From an uncultured Rhodospirillaceae bacterium (GTDB lineage: Bacteria > Pseudomonadota > Alphaproteobacteria > Dongiales > Dongiaceae), in contig CAZKCM010000018.1 in assembly GCA_964551315.1 (NCBI GenBank), forward strand, positions 3,423 through 67,422: a stretch of 64,000 bases of DNA, in the 5' to 3' direction. Under the pieces are notes generated by a model, which did no database searches, was not told where the DNA came from, and was given only the letters and a program-made list of their open reading frames with translations. The translations under genes and the position numbers were made by a program. Below, piece after piece: positions 1 to 10,369 of this stretch; position 1 is the stretch's first letter, and every line of letters starts with the position of its first letter.

Positions 1-1375
1 CCGCCTGCGCTTCCTGCGCGAGATCATCGCCGATATCCGGACCAAGGTGGGCCAGGACTTCGTCGTCGGCATGCGGATCTCCGGCGACGAGAAGGACCAT
101 GACGGCCTCACCGCGGAGGAGGTGCTGGCGGCCTGCAAGGCGCTCGACGGCGATGCGGGCGGGCTCGACTACTACAACGTGATCGCCGGCTCTTCGGCCT
201 CCTTCGCGGGCGCCATCCACATCGTCCCGCCGATGGCGATCGAGAACGCCTATGTCGCCCCCTTCGCGGCCGCCACCAAGGCCGTCGTCTCGAAGCCGGT
301 CTTCGTCGCCGGCCGCATCAATCAGCCACAAGAGGCGGAGAAGGTGCTGGCCGCCGGCCAGGCGGACCTGATCGGCATGACCCGGGCGATGATCTGCGAT
401 CCCGCCATGGCGAACAAGGCGGCGGCCGGGCGGCTCGACGACATCCGCGCCTGCATCGGCTGCAACCAGGCCTGCATCGGGCACTTCCATCTCGGCTACC
501 CGATCTCCTGCATCCAGTATCCGGAAAGCGGGCGCGAGCTCGTCTACGGCACGCGCCGGCCGGCGGCGCGGCGGAAGAAGGTGCTGGTGGTCGGCGGCGG
601 GCCCGCCGGCATGAAGGCCGCGGCCGTCGCCGCCGAGCGCGGCCACGACGTCGCGCTCCACGAGGCGGAGGGCCAGCTCGGCGGGCAGGCGCGGCTCGCC
701 CAGCTCCTGCCGGGCCGCATGGAGTTCGGCGGCATCATCACCAATCTCGCGCGCGAGATGGAGCTGGCGGGCGTCAAGGTCGTCAAGAACAGCCGGGTGG
801 ACGCCGCCCTCGTGGCGCGGGAGGCGCCCGACGCCGTCGTCCTGGCGACCGGTGCGGTGCCGCGGCGGCCGCCGATCGAAGGCGACGCCGACGCGCAGCA
901 TCTCGTCGACGCCTGGCAGGTCCTCAGGGGCGAGGCCAATGTCGGCCCGTCGGTGGTCGTCGCCGACTGGCGCTGCGACTGGATCGGCCTCGGCATCGCG
1001 GAGAAGCTGGCGCGCGACGGCTGTCGGGTGCGCCTCTGCGTGAACGGCTACATGCCGGGCCAGACGATCCAGCCATATGTGCGCGACGGCTGGGTCGGCA
1101 CGCTGCACAAGCTCGGGGTCGAGATCATCCCCTATGTCCGGCTGTTCGGCGCCGACGGCGATACCGTTTATCTCCAGCACACGACGAGCGGCGAGCCGGT
1201 GGTCATCGAAGAGGTCGATACGCTCGTCCTCTCCCTGGGGCACGAGCGGGTCGCCGCGCTCGAGGACGCGCTGGCGGACTACCCGGGCGAACTGCACCTG
1301 ATCGGCGACTGCCTCGCCCCGCGCACGGCCGAGGAAGCGGTTTTCGAAGGGCTCAAGGTCGCGTCCGTCCTGTAG
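1..1375 (+). CDS. NADH:flavin oxidoreductase (old yellow enzyme TIM barrel + Fe-S + FAD/NAD domain), 5'-truncated by window edge
   Basis: Frame is open from base 2 (RLRFLREIIADIRTKVGQDF); CIGCNQAC-x11-C Fe-S motif; VLVVGGGPAGMKAA Rossmann motif; C-terminal IGDCLAPR. Confidence 0.85.
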   Translation, partial: RLRFLREIIADIRTKVGQDFVVGMRISGDEKDHDGLTAEEVLAACKALDGDAGGLDYYNVIAGSSASFAGAIHIVPPMAIENAYVAPFAAATKAVVSKPVFVAGRINQPQEAEKVLAAGQADLIGMTRAMICDPAMANKAAAGRLDDIRACIGCNQACIGHFHLGYPISCIQYPESGRELVYGTRRPAARRKKVLVVGGGPAGMKAAAVAAERGHDVALHEAEGQLGGQARLAQLLPGRMEFGGIITNLAREMELAGVKVVKNSRVDAALVAREAPDAVVLATGAVPRRPPIEGDADAQHLVDAWQVLRGEANVGPSVVVADWRCDWIGLGIAEKLARDGCRVRLCVNGYMPGQTIQPYVRDGWVGTLHKLGVEIIPYVRLFGADGDTVYLQHTTSGEPVVIEEVDTLVLSLGHERVAALEDALADYPGELHLIGDCLAPRTAEEAVFEGLKVASVL

Positions 1376-1401
1376 GGACGGGCAGGGCGAATCGGCAAGC
1401 G

Positions 1402-2298
1402 TTACGGTTTGAGTCCCCGGGCGAGCGCCTCCGCGAAGGCGCGCGCGATCGAGCCGTCGCCGTCCAGCGTCGGGTTGAAGATGGTGACGTTGATCCCGAC
1501 CGCGCCGCCGCTGCCGATGGCCGCGCGCAGGACGGTCGCAAGCTCGTCCCACGACAGGCCGTCCGGCATGCGGTAATCCACCGCCGGCATGACCGCGTCG
1601 TCGAGGACGTCGGCGTCGAGGTGGATCCAGAAGCCGTCGAGCTCGGGCTTGGAGAGGCGCTCCGCCGCATTCGCTGCGGCGGCCTCTGCCCCGGCCGCGC
1701 GCAGGTCCGCGAGGTCGGTCATCGCGATCGCCGTATCCTCGACGCGCTGACTTCCATGCGCCTCGGCCTCGGCGGCGTCGCGGCGCCCGACCAGGACGAC
1801 GTCCTCGTCGCGCACCAGCGGGCGCCGGCCCTCGATGTCCGTCACGATCGCCGGGCCGCGGCCGGTAACCAGCGCAAGGTCCATCGACGCCGCTTCGCCG
1901 TTCGGTTCGGCCTCCGGCTGGTAGAAGTCGGCGTGCCCGTCCAGGAAGAGGAGGCCGTAACGGCCGCGGCGCCGGAGCGCCAGAAGGTTGCCGAGCAGGA
2001 TCGAGCAATCGCCGCCGAGCACCACCGGAAACGCGCCGCGGTCGACGGCGGCCCCGACGGCATCGGCGAGCGCGACGGCGTAGTCGGCGATGCCGCGCGG
2101 GTTGAGCAGCAAGGTCTCGGGATCGCGTTCCGGCTCGTAAGGCGGCGGCTCGACGCGACCGGCGCGGCGGGCGCCGAGCCGCTCGGCCAGACCCGCGGCC
2201 AGCAGCGCGTCGGGCAACGTCTCGACCCCCTTCGGAAACAGGCCGAGCACGGACGGGGCCTCGATGATCGCGAACGGTTTCCCGGTCATGCGCCGCAT
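1402..2298 (-). CDS. Arginase/ureohydrolase family protein
   Basis: LGGDCS (variant of GGDHS), DGHAD and HLDADVLD metal-binding motifs. Confidence 0.85.
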   Translation of the reverse strand: MRRMTGKPFAIIEAPSVLGLFPKGVETLPDALLAAGLAERLGARRAGRVEPPPYEPERDPETLLLNPRGIADYAVALADAVGAAVDRGAFPVVLGGDCSILLGNLLALRRRGRYGLLFLDGHADFYQPEAEPNGEAASMDLALVTGRGPAIVTDIEGRRPLVRDEDVVLVGRRDAAEAEAHGSQRVEDTAIAMTDLADLRAAGAEAAAANAAERLSKPELDGFWIHLDADVLDDAVMPAVDYRMPDGLSWDELATVLRAAIGSGGAVGINVTIFNPTLDGDGSIARAFAEALARGLKP

Positions 2299-2316
2299 CT
2301 CCCTGGTTGAATGACA

Positions 2317-3243
2317 TCAAGCCACGCCGCGGCGTCGTTTCGCGGACCTGGCGCCGAGCAGGTGGCGCAGCTGCGCTTGCAGAACGCCGCCGATCACGAG
2401 CGCGCCGCCCAGGAGCTGCAGGGCGGTGGGCCGGGTGCCGAGCGCGGCGCTGATGAGGATCGCCGCCACCGGGGCCAGGTTCAGGAACAGCGACGCGACG
2501 ACGACCCCCAGCCGGCCGACGCCGAAGTGCCACAGGAACACGCCCGTGACGACGGAGGCGAAGATAATCCAGGCGAACAGGCCGAGCTCGGGCGCGGTCG
2601 ACGGTACGGCCGGCGGCAGATGGGCCGCGCCTGTCAAGCTTGCGAGCAGATAGACGGCGATCAGGACGACGGAGCCGGGCACCATGGTGATGCCGCAGAT
2701 CCGAAGCTGCGACCATCCGCGCAGCCAGTGCTGCGCCATCAGCGAGTACCAGGCCCAGCAGGCCGAGGCGAGGAGGATGAGAACCTCGCCGCCGCGCAGG
2801 TCGAAGGGTACCCCACTGCGCCCCGGATCGTAGGTCGCGAGCACGCCGCCGGCGATGGCGAGGAGGATCGCCGGAACGGTGCCGCGCTCGGGCGGCGTCC
2901 GGTAGATCGCCCAGGCGACGATCGCGGCGACCGCCGGTCCGGTGGACCCGATGACGGCCGCCGTGATCGGGTTTGAATGGGCGATGCCGAGCGTATAGAG
3001 CGGCGCGAAGAGACCGATCCCGACGCCGCCCAGCAGCCACAGCCGCCACCAGGATACGGGCCCCGGAACGAGCCTGCCGTTTTCGACGACGAGCAGAAGC
3101 AGAAGGAAGACCGGCGTGCCAAGCGCGTAGCGGATCGCCGCGAGGAAGTACGGATCCCACTGCGGGATCAGGAGGTTCAGCACGGGGATCAGCGATCCCC
3201 ACGCGATCGCCGTCAGCAGCAGGCCCAGATTCGCGGCGATCAT
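2317..3243 (-). CDS. DMT/EamA family transporter
   Basis: About 10 hydrophobic helices in two EamA-like halves (AIAWG, FLAAIRY, FLNLAPVAA). Confidence 0.85.
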   Translation of the reverse strand: MIAANLGLLLTAIAWGSLIPVLNLLIPQWDPYFLAAIRYALGTPVFLLLLLVVENGRLVPGPVSWWRLWLLGGVGIGLFAPLYTLGIAHSNPITAAVIGSTGPAVAAIVAWAIYRTPPERGTVPAILLAIAGGVLATYDPGRSGVPFDLRGGEVLILLASACWAWYSLMAQHWLRGWSQLRICGITMVPGSVVLIAVYLLASLTGAAHLPPAVPSTAPELGLFAWIIFASVVTGVFLWHFGVGRLGVVVASLFLNLAPVAAILISAALGTRPTALQLLGGALVIGGVLQAQLRHLLGARSAKRRRGVA

Positions 3244-3338
3244 CCTGGCTCCGATCCCTCAAGCGTCGCCCCGCATGTTGCAGAGAACACCGAAACGGTC
3301 AATAAGAGCCGATGGACGGCGCAGAACGCCTCAGCTTG

Positions 3339-3372
3339 GGAGAGGCCCCTATGGGTGGAGAGGCCCCTATGG
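3339..3372 (+). repeat. Tandem duplication of RBS+ATG (GGAGAGGCCCCTATGG x2, 18-bp period)
   Basis: Identical 16-mers at 3339-3354 and 3357-3372. Confidence 0.9.
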
Positions 3373-4196
3373 ATTACGAGACCATCACTTTCGAGCGGCG
3401 CGGGGCCGTCGGCCTCGTGACCCTGAACCGGCCGGAGCGGCTCAACGCCATCAACGGTCGGATGATCGACGAGCTCAACGCCCTGCTCGACGCCGTCGAG
3501 CGGGACGAGGCGGTGCGCGCGCTCGTCGTCACCGGCGCGGGGCGGGCCTTCTGCTCGGGATTCGATCTCAAGGAGGGCGCCGACACGCCGAAGGAGGGCG
3601 TCGCCGACTGGCGCCCGGTCCTGCAGCGCGATTTCGACATCATCATGCGCTTCTGGCATCTGAGCCGCCCGACGATCGCGGCGGTCAAGGGCTATTGCCT
3701 CGCGGGTGGCTGCGAGCTCGCCATGGCCTGCGACATCACCATCGCCGCGGAGGGCACCCGCTTCGGCGAGCCGGAGCTGCGCTTCGGCAGCGGCATCGTC
3801 GCGCTGCTCCTGCCCTGGCTCAGCGGTCCGAAGAAGGCGAAGGAGCTGCTGCTCACCGGCAACGACAAGGTGACGGCCGAGGAGGCGCTTGCGATCGGCA
3901 TGATCAACCGGGTGGTGCCGGAAGGGCAGGAGCTCGACGCGGCGCTGGCCATGGCGCGCGACATCGCGGTGATGGACCGTTCGGCGGTTGCCCTGACGAA
4001 GCAGGCGATCAACCGCGCCTACGACATCATGGGCATGCGCGAGGCGCTCGCCGCGGCGCTCGACATCGACGTGCAGATCGAAAGCATGGAGACGCCCGAA
4101 AGCCGGACCTTCGACGAGATCGCGCGGCGCGACGGCCTCAAGGCGGCGCTCGCCTGGCGCGATTCCCGATTCGGCGGCGGGACGGACGAAGGCTGA
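3369..4196 (+). CDS. Enoyl-CoA hydratase/isomerase (crotonase) family
   Basis: TLNRPERLNAI, AFCSGFDL and GYCLAGGCELAMACD motifs; alternative in-frame start at 3351. Confidence 0.9.
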   Translation: MDYETITFERRGAVGLVTLNRPERLNAINGRMIDELNALLDAVERDEAVRALVVTGAGRAFCSGFDLKEGADTPKEGVADWRPVLQRDFDIIMRFWHLSRPTIAAVKGYCLAGGCELAMACDITIAAEGTRFGEPELRFGSGIVALLLPWLSGPKKAKELLLTGNDKVTAEEALAIGMINRVVPEGQELDAALAMARDIAVMDRSAVALTKQAINRAYDIMGMREALAAALDIDVQIESMETPESRTFDEIARRDGLKAALAWRDSRFGGGTDEG

Positions 4197-4286
4197 CGGG
4201 CGCCGCGCCGGCCGTCGGTATTAGTCGTTTTTTAGCGGTTATCGCGTCGAATGCGGTGGGTGCGCTCCGCTTCGACGGAATGGCAG

Positions 4287-4832
4287 ATGACCCGCAACGA
4301 ACCGCGTAGCTCCGGTGAGGTCGTGGCCAACCCTCTCGATCCGGCTGATTCGCGGTACCCGGAGTTCGGCTTTCTCCTCGGCTACTGGAACCGGCTGCGC
4401 GGGCCGCGGATCGGGCCGTCACGTCGCGAGATCGATCCCGTCGAGCTGAAGCGGGTGCTGCCGCGGCTTGCGCTGGTCGATGTCCTGTCGAGCCGCAAGG
4501 ACTTCCGGTTTCGCCTGGTGGGAACCGATATCCACAACCTGCACAACTGCGACCTGACCGGCAGGCTGGTCTCGCAGCTACGGCCGGACGCGTACCGGGA
4601 CATGCTCCTGGAGCATTTCCTGGAGGTGGCAGCTACCGGGCGGCCGAACGCCCACGAGGTCCGCTTCGTCACCGAGGCCGGACTGTCACGGCATTATGCG
4701 GCGCTGCGCCTGCCGCTCTCGACCGACGGGCAAACGGTGGACTGCCTGCTGACGATCGACAATTACGGCGACCACTGGAGCGATCTCCATCCCTATTTCG
4801 ACAGGCTCTACGAACGGGCGGGCCGTTCGTAG
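4287..4832 (+). CDS. Stand-alone PAS-domain protein (PAS_5-like)
   Basis: YW-x(5-8)-P-x-R-x-x-IDP, FRFRLVGT and LRLPL pattern typical of alphaproteobacterial PAS_5. Confidence 0.75.
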   Translation: MTRNEPRSSGEVVANPLDPADSRYPEFGFLLGYWNRLRGPRIGPSRREIDPVELKRVLPRLALVDVLSSRKDFRFRLVGTDIHNLHNCDLTGRLVSQLRPDAYRDMLLEHFLEVAATGRPNAHEVRFVTEAGLSRHYAALRLPLSTDGQTVDCLLTIDNYGDHWSDLHPYFDRLYERAGRS

Positions 4833-4849
4833 AGGCTGACAGCGCTCGG

Positions 4850-5503
4850 CTATCGAGCGCTCGGGGGCATTTCGTATCGCGTGATCTCGACGTTGGCCGC
4901 GATCGAAATGCGCTCGCCGCTGCCGTGGAACGGATGCACCCAATGCTCGAGCCAGGCCGGAAAGGCGACCATGAGCCCCGGCTTCGGATCGATCGTGATC
5001 GCGCGGCCGAACATGAAGCCTGGCAGCCGCCCGTACACGGCCGCCGGGCGAGGATCGCGCAGCTCAAGCTGCCCGTTCTGCGGGTATCCGGGCTCCGCTT
5101 CGCCGACCGCGACGTAATAGACGACGGCCCAGTGGATGCCGGCGTGGACGTGCGGCGTGTTGTAGTTGCCGCTCCGGTTCACGTTGGCCCAGGCGGCGGC
5201 ACGGTAGGCGAGCCGCACCGCCTCGGGGTTTTGCCGCACCGGCAGGCGGCTGATCCGCTGGACGGCGGAATCGATCCAGCCTCGAAGCGTCGCCACCTCC
5301 GGCTCCGGCCAGTCGAGCAGCGTTTCCTCCGAATGCCAGCCGCCCGCATTGCTGATGCGCAGCCCCGCGGACCGACGCTCGCGCTCCAGGATCAGCCGCC
5401 TGAGCCCGGCATTGGTCGCCTCGGCATTTGGAATCGCCTGGATCAGCAGCGGCACGTTGAAGGCGAGGCGGATGTCCTGACCAATGGCGACGTCGAGGCT
5501 CAT
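4850..5503 (-). CDS. 2OG-Fe(II) oxygenase (TIGR02466-like)
   Basis: SNAGGWHS, WANVN, PHVH, FPAWLEHWVHP and RISIAAN motifs. Confidence 0.8.
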   Translation of the reverse strand: MSLDVAIGQDIRLAFNVPLLIQAIPNAEATNAGLRRLILERERRSAGLRISNAGGWHSEETLLDWPEPEVATLRGWIDSAVQRISRLPVRQNPEAVRLAYRAAAWANVNRSGNYNTPHVHAGIHWAVVYYVAVGEAEPGYPQNGQLELRDPRPAAVYGRLPGFMFGRAITIDPKPGLMVAFPAWLEHWVHPFHGSGERISIAANVEITRYEMPPSAR

Positions 5504-5704
5504 CGATCGAATTCCCTTCCTGTCTTGGCGTCTCTTGGCGTCGCGCCCGGCGACGCGGGTTGTCGAAGGCCCCAACCATAATTGCGGATGAGCGTGATTG
5601 GCTATGGCCGAGGCCGCGCCCGCGACCGGCGGGGTGCCGCGGCGCGTCCTGGCCTGCCGGTGGCCTTACCTGTCATCTGACAATACCCCCCTGATTTCTT
5701 TGCG

Positions 5705-5738
5705 TTGACATATTCCCATATCGGCATATGTTACGGCC
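5705..5738 (+). promoter_or_regulatory. Sigma70-like promoter of arsR cassette with overlapping imperfect inverted repeat
   Basis: TTGACA (5705-5710), 16 bp, TATGTT, then 6 bp to ATG 5739; CATAT...ATATG repeat across the spacer. Confidence 0.6.
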
Positions 5739-6080
5739 ATGGCGCGAGCAGCGACGACGTCGGACGTCTTCAACGCGATCGCCGAGCCGCAGCGACGGGA
5801 GATCCTGGTCCTGCTGCGGGCGGGTGAGCGTTCGGTGACCGAGTTGGCTCAGGAGTTGGGGATGACCCAGCCGGGGGCGTCCAAACACCTGCGGGTGCTC
5901 CGGGATGTCGGGCTGGTGCGAGACCGGAAGGCAGGCAAGCAGCGCCTGTACCGCCTCGACGCTCGCGGGCTGCGACCGATTCACGAGTGGACCGGCGGTT
6001 TCGAGCGGTTCTGGAATGAGAGCTTCGACCGGCTGGACGCGTACGTGCAGGAGCTCAAGCAGGCAAGGAAGGAGAAGTGA
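5739..6080 (+). CDS. ArsR/SmtB family transcriptional regulator
   Basis: FNAIAEPQRREIL and SKHLRVLRDVGLV winged HTH. Confidence 0.9.
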   Translation: MARAATTSDVFNAIAEPQRREILVLLRAGERSVTELAQELGMTQPGASKHLRVLRDVGLVRDRKAGKQRLYRLDARGLRPIHEWTGGFERFWNESFDRLDAYVQELKQARKEK

Positions 6081-6083
6081 CGG

Positions 6084-6590
6084 ATGGTAGCGACAAGACG
6101 CGACGCGCCCGGGCAGTCAACGACGGCCGACCGCGAGATCGTGATCTCCCGGGTCATCGATGCCCCAAGGGAGCTGGTGTTCGAGGCATTCACCGAAGTC
6201 AGGCATCTGTCGCGGTGGTGGGGACCGGAGGGGTTCACCACCACCACGCGGGCGTTCGAGTTCCGCGTCGGAGGGGAGTGGGATTTCGTGATGCACGGAC
6301 CGGACGGGACGGACTACCAGGAATGGATCTGCTGGACCGAGATCACCCCGCCGGAGCGGATCGCGCTCCTGCATGGTGAGCGGCGCGGCGACCCGAACGC
6401 ATTTGAGTCGATCCTCACCTTCGCGCCCGACGGCGCGATGACCAGGATCGAGATGCGCACAGTGTTTCCCTCCAAGGAGCTGCGCGACGAGGCGGTCGAG
6501 AAGTACCACGCGATCGAGGGCGGTCGGCAGACCCTGAGCAAGCTGGCCGCCTATGTTACCGAGATTGTTCGGACGGGAGCTGAGGGCTGA
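6084..6590 (+). CDS. SRPBCC/AHSA1-like domain protein
   Basis: ISRVIDAPRELVFEAFT, WWGPEGF, FRVGG. Confidence 0.9.
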   Translation: MVATRRDAPGQSTTADREIVISRVIDAPRELVFEAFTEVRHLSRWWGPEGFTTTTRAFEFRVGGEWDFVMHGPDGTDYQEWICWTEITPPERIALLHGERRGDPNAFESILTFAPDGAMTRIEMRTVFPSKELRDEAVEKYHAIEGGRQTLSKLAAYVTEIVRTGAEG

Positions 6591-7255
6591 TGGCCGGAAA
6601 AGTGTTTTTTAGCGTGACGATGTCGCTTGATGGCTTCATGGCGCCGGAGCACCTGCCCGTCGAGGACGTCTTTTCGCCCAAAGGTAAGAACGACCCGAGG
6701 GTCCAGAGCTGGATGAAGAAGTGGTCGGAGCTGCAGGCATGGGCGTTCCCGCAGCGATTCTTTCGGGAAAACCTCAAGCTCGGCGAGGGCGGTGAGGAAG
6801 GACCCGACAACGACATCGCTCGGGCGACGCACGAGCGCACCGGCGCGAGCGTCATGGGCAAACGGATGTTCGACGCCGGCGAGCTGGCATGGCCGGAGGA
6901 GGCGCCGTTCCACACCCCGGTGTTCGTCGTCACCCATGCCAAGCGCGAGCCGTGGGTCCGGCCGGGCGGGACGACCTTCCACTTCGTCAATGAGGGCATC
7001 GAGGCCGCGCTCGACCGGGCCCGTGAGGCCGCCGGCGACCGCGACGTCCGCATCGCGGGCGGCGCGGAGACGATCTTGGAGTATCTGAACGCCGGCCTGA
7101 TCGACGAGTTCTCAATCGCGCTCGCACCCGTGCTGTTCGGCTCCGGAATCCGCCTGTTCGAGGGCGTGGACGCGGACCGCGTGGCCCTGGAGCCGGTCCG
7201 CGCGGAGCCAACGCAGCGGGTAACCCACCTGACCTACGCGGTGCGGGAGCGGTAA
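6590..7255 (+). CDS. Dihydrofolate reductase-like (RibD C-terminal) protein
   Basis: MSLDGF, VMGKRMF, IAGGA, GLIDE, APVLFGSGIRLF; start overlaps the upstream stop (TGATG). Confidence 0.88.
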   Translation: MAGKVFFSVTMSLDGFMAPEHLPVEDVFSPKGKNDPRVQSWMKKWSELQAWAFPQRFFRENLKLGEGGEEGPDNDIARATHERTGASVMGKRMFDAGELAWPEEAPFHTPVFVVTHAKREPWVRPGGTTFHFVNEGIEAALDRAREAAGDRDVRIAGGAETILEYLNAGLIDEFSIALAPVLFGSGIRLFEGVDADRVALEPVRAEPTQRVTHLTYAVRER

Positions 7256-7414
7256 CCGTCTCGCCCCTGCGTCGCGGCTTCGGCCCATGCGGGTGGACGA
7301 TCAGTTGGAGAAGATCAGGGCTGCCCCCGGGCATGGGCAAGGGTGCGGTCTCCCGAGGCCGAGCGACCTTTGCCCGCGGTCGGGCGACGGCTGACACGCG
7401 CCGGCGGGCGCGGC

Positions 7415-8113
7415 TTACAGCAGCCCCATGCTGCGGAAGCTGCGGTGGCCGTTGCGGCCGATGATGACGTGGTCGTGCAGGGCGATGCCGAGCCGCCCGG
7501 CCGCCTCGGCGATCTCGCGCGTCATGGCGATGTCGTCCTCCGACGGCGTCGGGTCGCCGGATGGGTGATTGTGGCACATGATGATGGCCGTGGCGCCCAG
7601 CTCGAGCGCCCGCTTCACCACCTCGCGCGGATAGACGGGCGTGTGGTTGACGGTGCCGCGCTGCTGCACCTCGTCGGCGATGAGGGCGTTCTTGTTGTCG
7701 AGGAAGAGCAGACGGAACTGCTCCACCTTCTGGTGCGCCATGGCCGCGTGGCAGTAGTCGAGCAGCTTCTTCCAGGAGCCGATCACCGGCCGGTCGATCA
7801 GCTGCTGGCGGGTCATCAGCAGCGCCGCCGCCTCGACGGTCTTGAGCGCCACGATGCTCGCCTCGCCCATGCCCGCGACCTCGGCCAGCTCCCGCGGGCT
7901 CGCCGCCATCACGGCCGCGAAGCTGCCGAACCGCTTCATGAGTGCCTTGGCCAGCGGTTTCATGTCGCCGCGCGGGCGCGCCTGGAACAGCAGAAGCTCG
8001 AGGAGCTCGTAATCCGCAAGCGCTTCCGCCCCGCCGGCGAGAAAGCGCTCGCGCAGCCGTTGCCGATGGCCGAGATAGTGGGGCTTCTCGCTCTGCGTCC
8101 CGTCGTCGGTCAA
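7415..8113 (-). CDS. radC: RadC family JAB-domain protein
   Basis: [44 protein letters not shown]. Confidence 0.95.
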   Translation of the reverse strand: MTDDGTQSEKPHYLGHRQRLRERFLAGGAEALADYELLELLLFQARPRGDMKPLAKALMKRFGSFAAVMAASPRELAEVAGMGEASIVALKTVEAAALLMTRQQLIDRPVIGSWKKLLDYCHAAMAHQKVEQFRLLFLDNKNALIADEVQQRGTVNHTPVYPREVVKRALELGATAIIMCHNHPSGDPTPSEDDIAMTREIAEAAGRLGIALHDHVIIGRNGHRSFRSMGLL

Positions 8114-8126
8114 GCGGGGCTGATCC

Positions 8127-8951
8127 TCAGACGGCGTAAGGCGGATGGTCGAGCCCGGCGGGGGAGCGGGTGAAGATCTCGTAGCCGTCCGCGGTCACGG
8201 CCACCGTATGCTCGAACTGGGCCGAGAGGGAGCGGTCGCGCGTCACCGCCGTCCAGCCGTCGTCGAGCACCTTCACGTCATAGCGCCCGGCGTTGATCAT
8301 CGGTTCCACGGTGAAGAACATCCCCTCGCGCAAGGTCGGGCCGGTGCCCGGGCGGCCGAAATGGAGGATGCTCGGCGCGTCGTGGAACACGCGGCCGATG
8401 CCGTGGCCGCAGAAGTCGCGCACCACCGAGAAGCGGTGCGATTCGGCAAAGGTCTGGATCGCGTGGCCGATGTCGCCGACCGTGGCGCCCGGACGGACGG
8501 CCTCGATGCCGCGCATCATCGCCTTGTAGGTCACGTCCACCAGCCGCTGCGCCTTCACGCCGACCTTGCCGACGAAGAACATGCGGCTGGTGTCGCCGTG
8601 CCATCCGTCGAGGATCACCGTCACGTCGATGTTCATGATGTCGCCGTCCTGGAGCTTCTTCTCGCCCGGGATGCCGTGGCAGACGACGTGGTTGATCGAC
8701 GTGCAGATCGACTTCGGGAAGCCCCGATAGTTCAACGGCGCCGGCACGGCGCCGTGGTCGGTGATGAACGCGTGGCACAGCCGGTCCAACTCGCCCGTGG
8801 TGACGCCGGGCTTGACGTACGGCGTGATGAAATCGAGCGTCTCGGCCGCCAGCCGGCCCGCACGGCGCATCCCCTCGAACGCCTCCGCGCCATGGATCTT
8901 GATGCGGCGATCCTCGGCGCTCCAGTCGTGAGCGGGCTCGGTGCTCTTCAT
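8127..8951 (-). CDS. map: Type I methionine aminopeptidase
   Basis: [39 protein letters not shown]; start 8951 or 8969. Confidence 0.95.
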   Translation of the reverse strand: MKSTEPAHDWSAEDRRIKIHGAEAFEGMRRAGRLAAETLDFITPYVKPGVTTGELDRLCHAFITDHGAVPAPLNYRGFPKSICTSINHVVCHGIPGEKKLQDGDIMNIDVTVILDGWHGDTSRMFFVGKVGVKAQRLVDVTYKAMMRGIEAVRPGATVGDIGHAIQTFAESHRFSVVRDFCGHGIGRVFHDAPSILHFGRPGTGPTLREGMFFTVEPMINAGRYDVKVLDDGWTAVTRDRSLSAQFEHTVAVTADGYEIFTRSPAGLDHPPYAV

Positions 8952-9093
8952 CAAATTGAGAATCCTCATCTTTCCCCGGGGCGGCGCCGGGCCGCCTTCC
9001 ATGCTTCGCGTCCAGTGTCCAATAGTTCTGTGTCCAATAAATGGGTTCGGAGAGGAGATTGCAAGTGGCGGGACGGGGTGCCGGCGGGGCCCG

Positions 9094-9813
9094 CTATAGG
9101 GCAAGGGGCAGGGGACGGGCGACCTCGATGCCGTCACGGCGGACCGTGCAGGAATAGCACAGCACCTCCACCCCGGCGGCCCGGGCCCGGTCCAGGGCGG
9201 CGGCATAGGCCGGGTCGATGTCGCCGGCGATGGCAAAGCGGTCGCAGTCCGCGCGCTGGACGATATAGAGCATGACCGCGCGGGCCCCGGCCGTCGCCAC
9301 CATCTCCGCCATCTCGTCGAGATGCTTGGCGCCGCGGGCGGTGACGGAGTCCGGGAACTCCGCGGCCGTTTCCCGCCGCAGATGCACGTTCTTCACCTCG
9401 ACGTAGCAGGGCGCCCGTCCCCCGCCTTCCAGGAGGATGTCGATCCGCGAGTTGCGGCCGTACCGGACTTCCCGGCGCAGCGTCTCATAGCCGGCCAGCT
9501 CGGGGATGCGCCCGGCCACAATGGCCTCGGCGGCCAGCCGGTTGGGGTGGGCCGTGTTGATTCCGACCAGGTGGTCGCCGACGCGGATCAGCTCCCAGCT
9601 ATAGCGCAGCCGCCGCTTGGGATCCGTGGCCGGCGAGAGCCAGACCTCCGAGCCCGGCGTCGTCAGGCCCAGCATCGATCCGGGGTTGGCGCAATGGGCG
9701 GTGACGGTGCCGTTGGTGCTCCCGTCGGCGGCATTGACCAATTCGACGTCGCTCAGGAATCGCTTGTAGCGGCGGACCAGACGGCCCTCGATCAGGGGAA
9801 CGGGAAACTTCAT
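9094..9813 (-). CDS. sfsA: DNA/RNA nuclease SfsA
   Basis: RRYKRFLSD, HCANPGSM, SRID, YVEVK, FPDSVTARGAKHL. Confidence 0.95.
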   Translation of the reverse strand: MKFPVPLIEGRLVRRYKRFLSDVELVNAADGSTNGTVTAHCANPGSMLGLTTPGSEVWLSPATDPKRRLRYSWELIRVGDHLVGINTAHPNRLAAEAIVAGRIPELAGYETLRREVRYGRNSRIDILLEGGGRAPCYVEVKNVHLRRETAAEFPDSVTARGAKHLDEMAEMVATAGARAVMLYIVQRADCDRFAIAGDIDPAYAAALDRARAAGVEVLCYSCTVRRDGIEVARPLPLAL

Positions 9814-9972
9814 CGCGCCGGCAGGGTAGGGAATCGTGCCGCGTCCTGCAATTGCCGATCGGGCTTAACCCGGGATGGCAGCTCCGCCGGATGCCGTCTC
9901 CGCACTCGCCCGTTGCAAAACCGGGGCGGCGGGGGCAATCTCTTGCCCCGTATGCAGGAGGCAACCCCCTTC

Positions 9973-10356
9973 ATGAAACCCGCCTTGCCGCTCGCGGCCT
10001 TGCTTGTCGCCGCTCTCGCCGGCTGCTCCTCCATATCCTGGTTCGGTCAACCGGAGCCGCGGCCGGTGCCGCGTGCGGCGGACTATGGCGAGGACGACGC
10101 GGTCATCGCTGCCCTCGAGGCCTGCAGGGCGCAGGCCCGCGCCGTCATTCAGCGGGACACCGCCATTGATCGGGACATCGCCACCGGCGATCCGGCGTTC
10201 CGCGGCGCGCCCGGCCTGGATTGGCGGAGCGAGGGCGACCTCGACCTGATCCAGAACATGGACCAGTTCGAGACCGGCCGGCGCTACGACCGGATCGTCG
10301 CCGACTGCATGCGGCGGAAGGGCTACGCCCCGGCGGCCGAGGAGCCGGAGTCCTGA
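9973..10356 (+). CDS. Hypothetical lipoprotein
   Basis: MKPALPLAALLVAALAG-C lipobox; C-terminal CMRRKGY motif. Confidence 0.7.
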   Translation: MKPALPLAALLVAALAGCSSISWFGQPEPRPVPRAADYGEDDAVIAALEACRAQARAVIQRDTAIDRDIATGDPAFRGAPGLDWRSEGDLDLIQNMDQFETGRRYDRIVADCMRRKGYAPAAEEPES

Positions 10357-10369
10357 TGGCGGATCGGAG

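Noticed and set aside
7415-8113. radC as a marker of a mobile element or anti-restriction system
   Set aside because: Full-length form in the usual chromosomal map/radC/sfsA context
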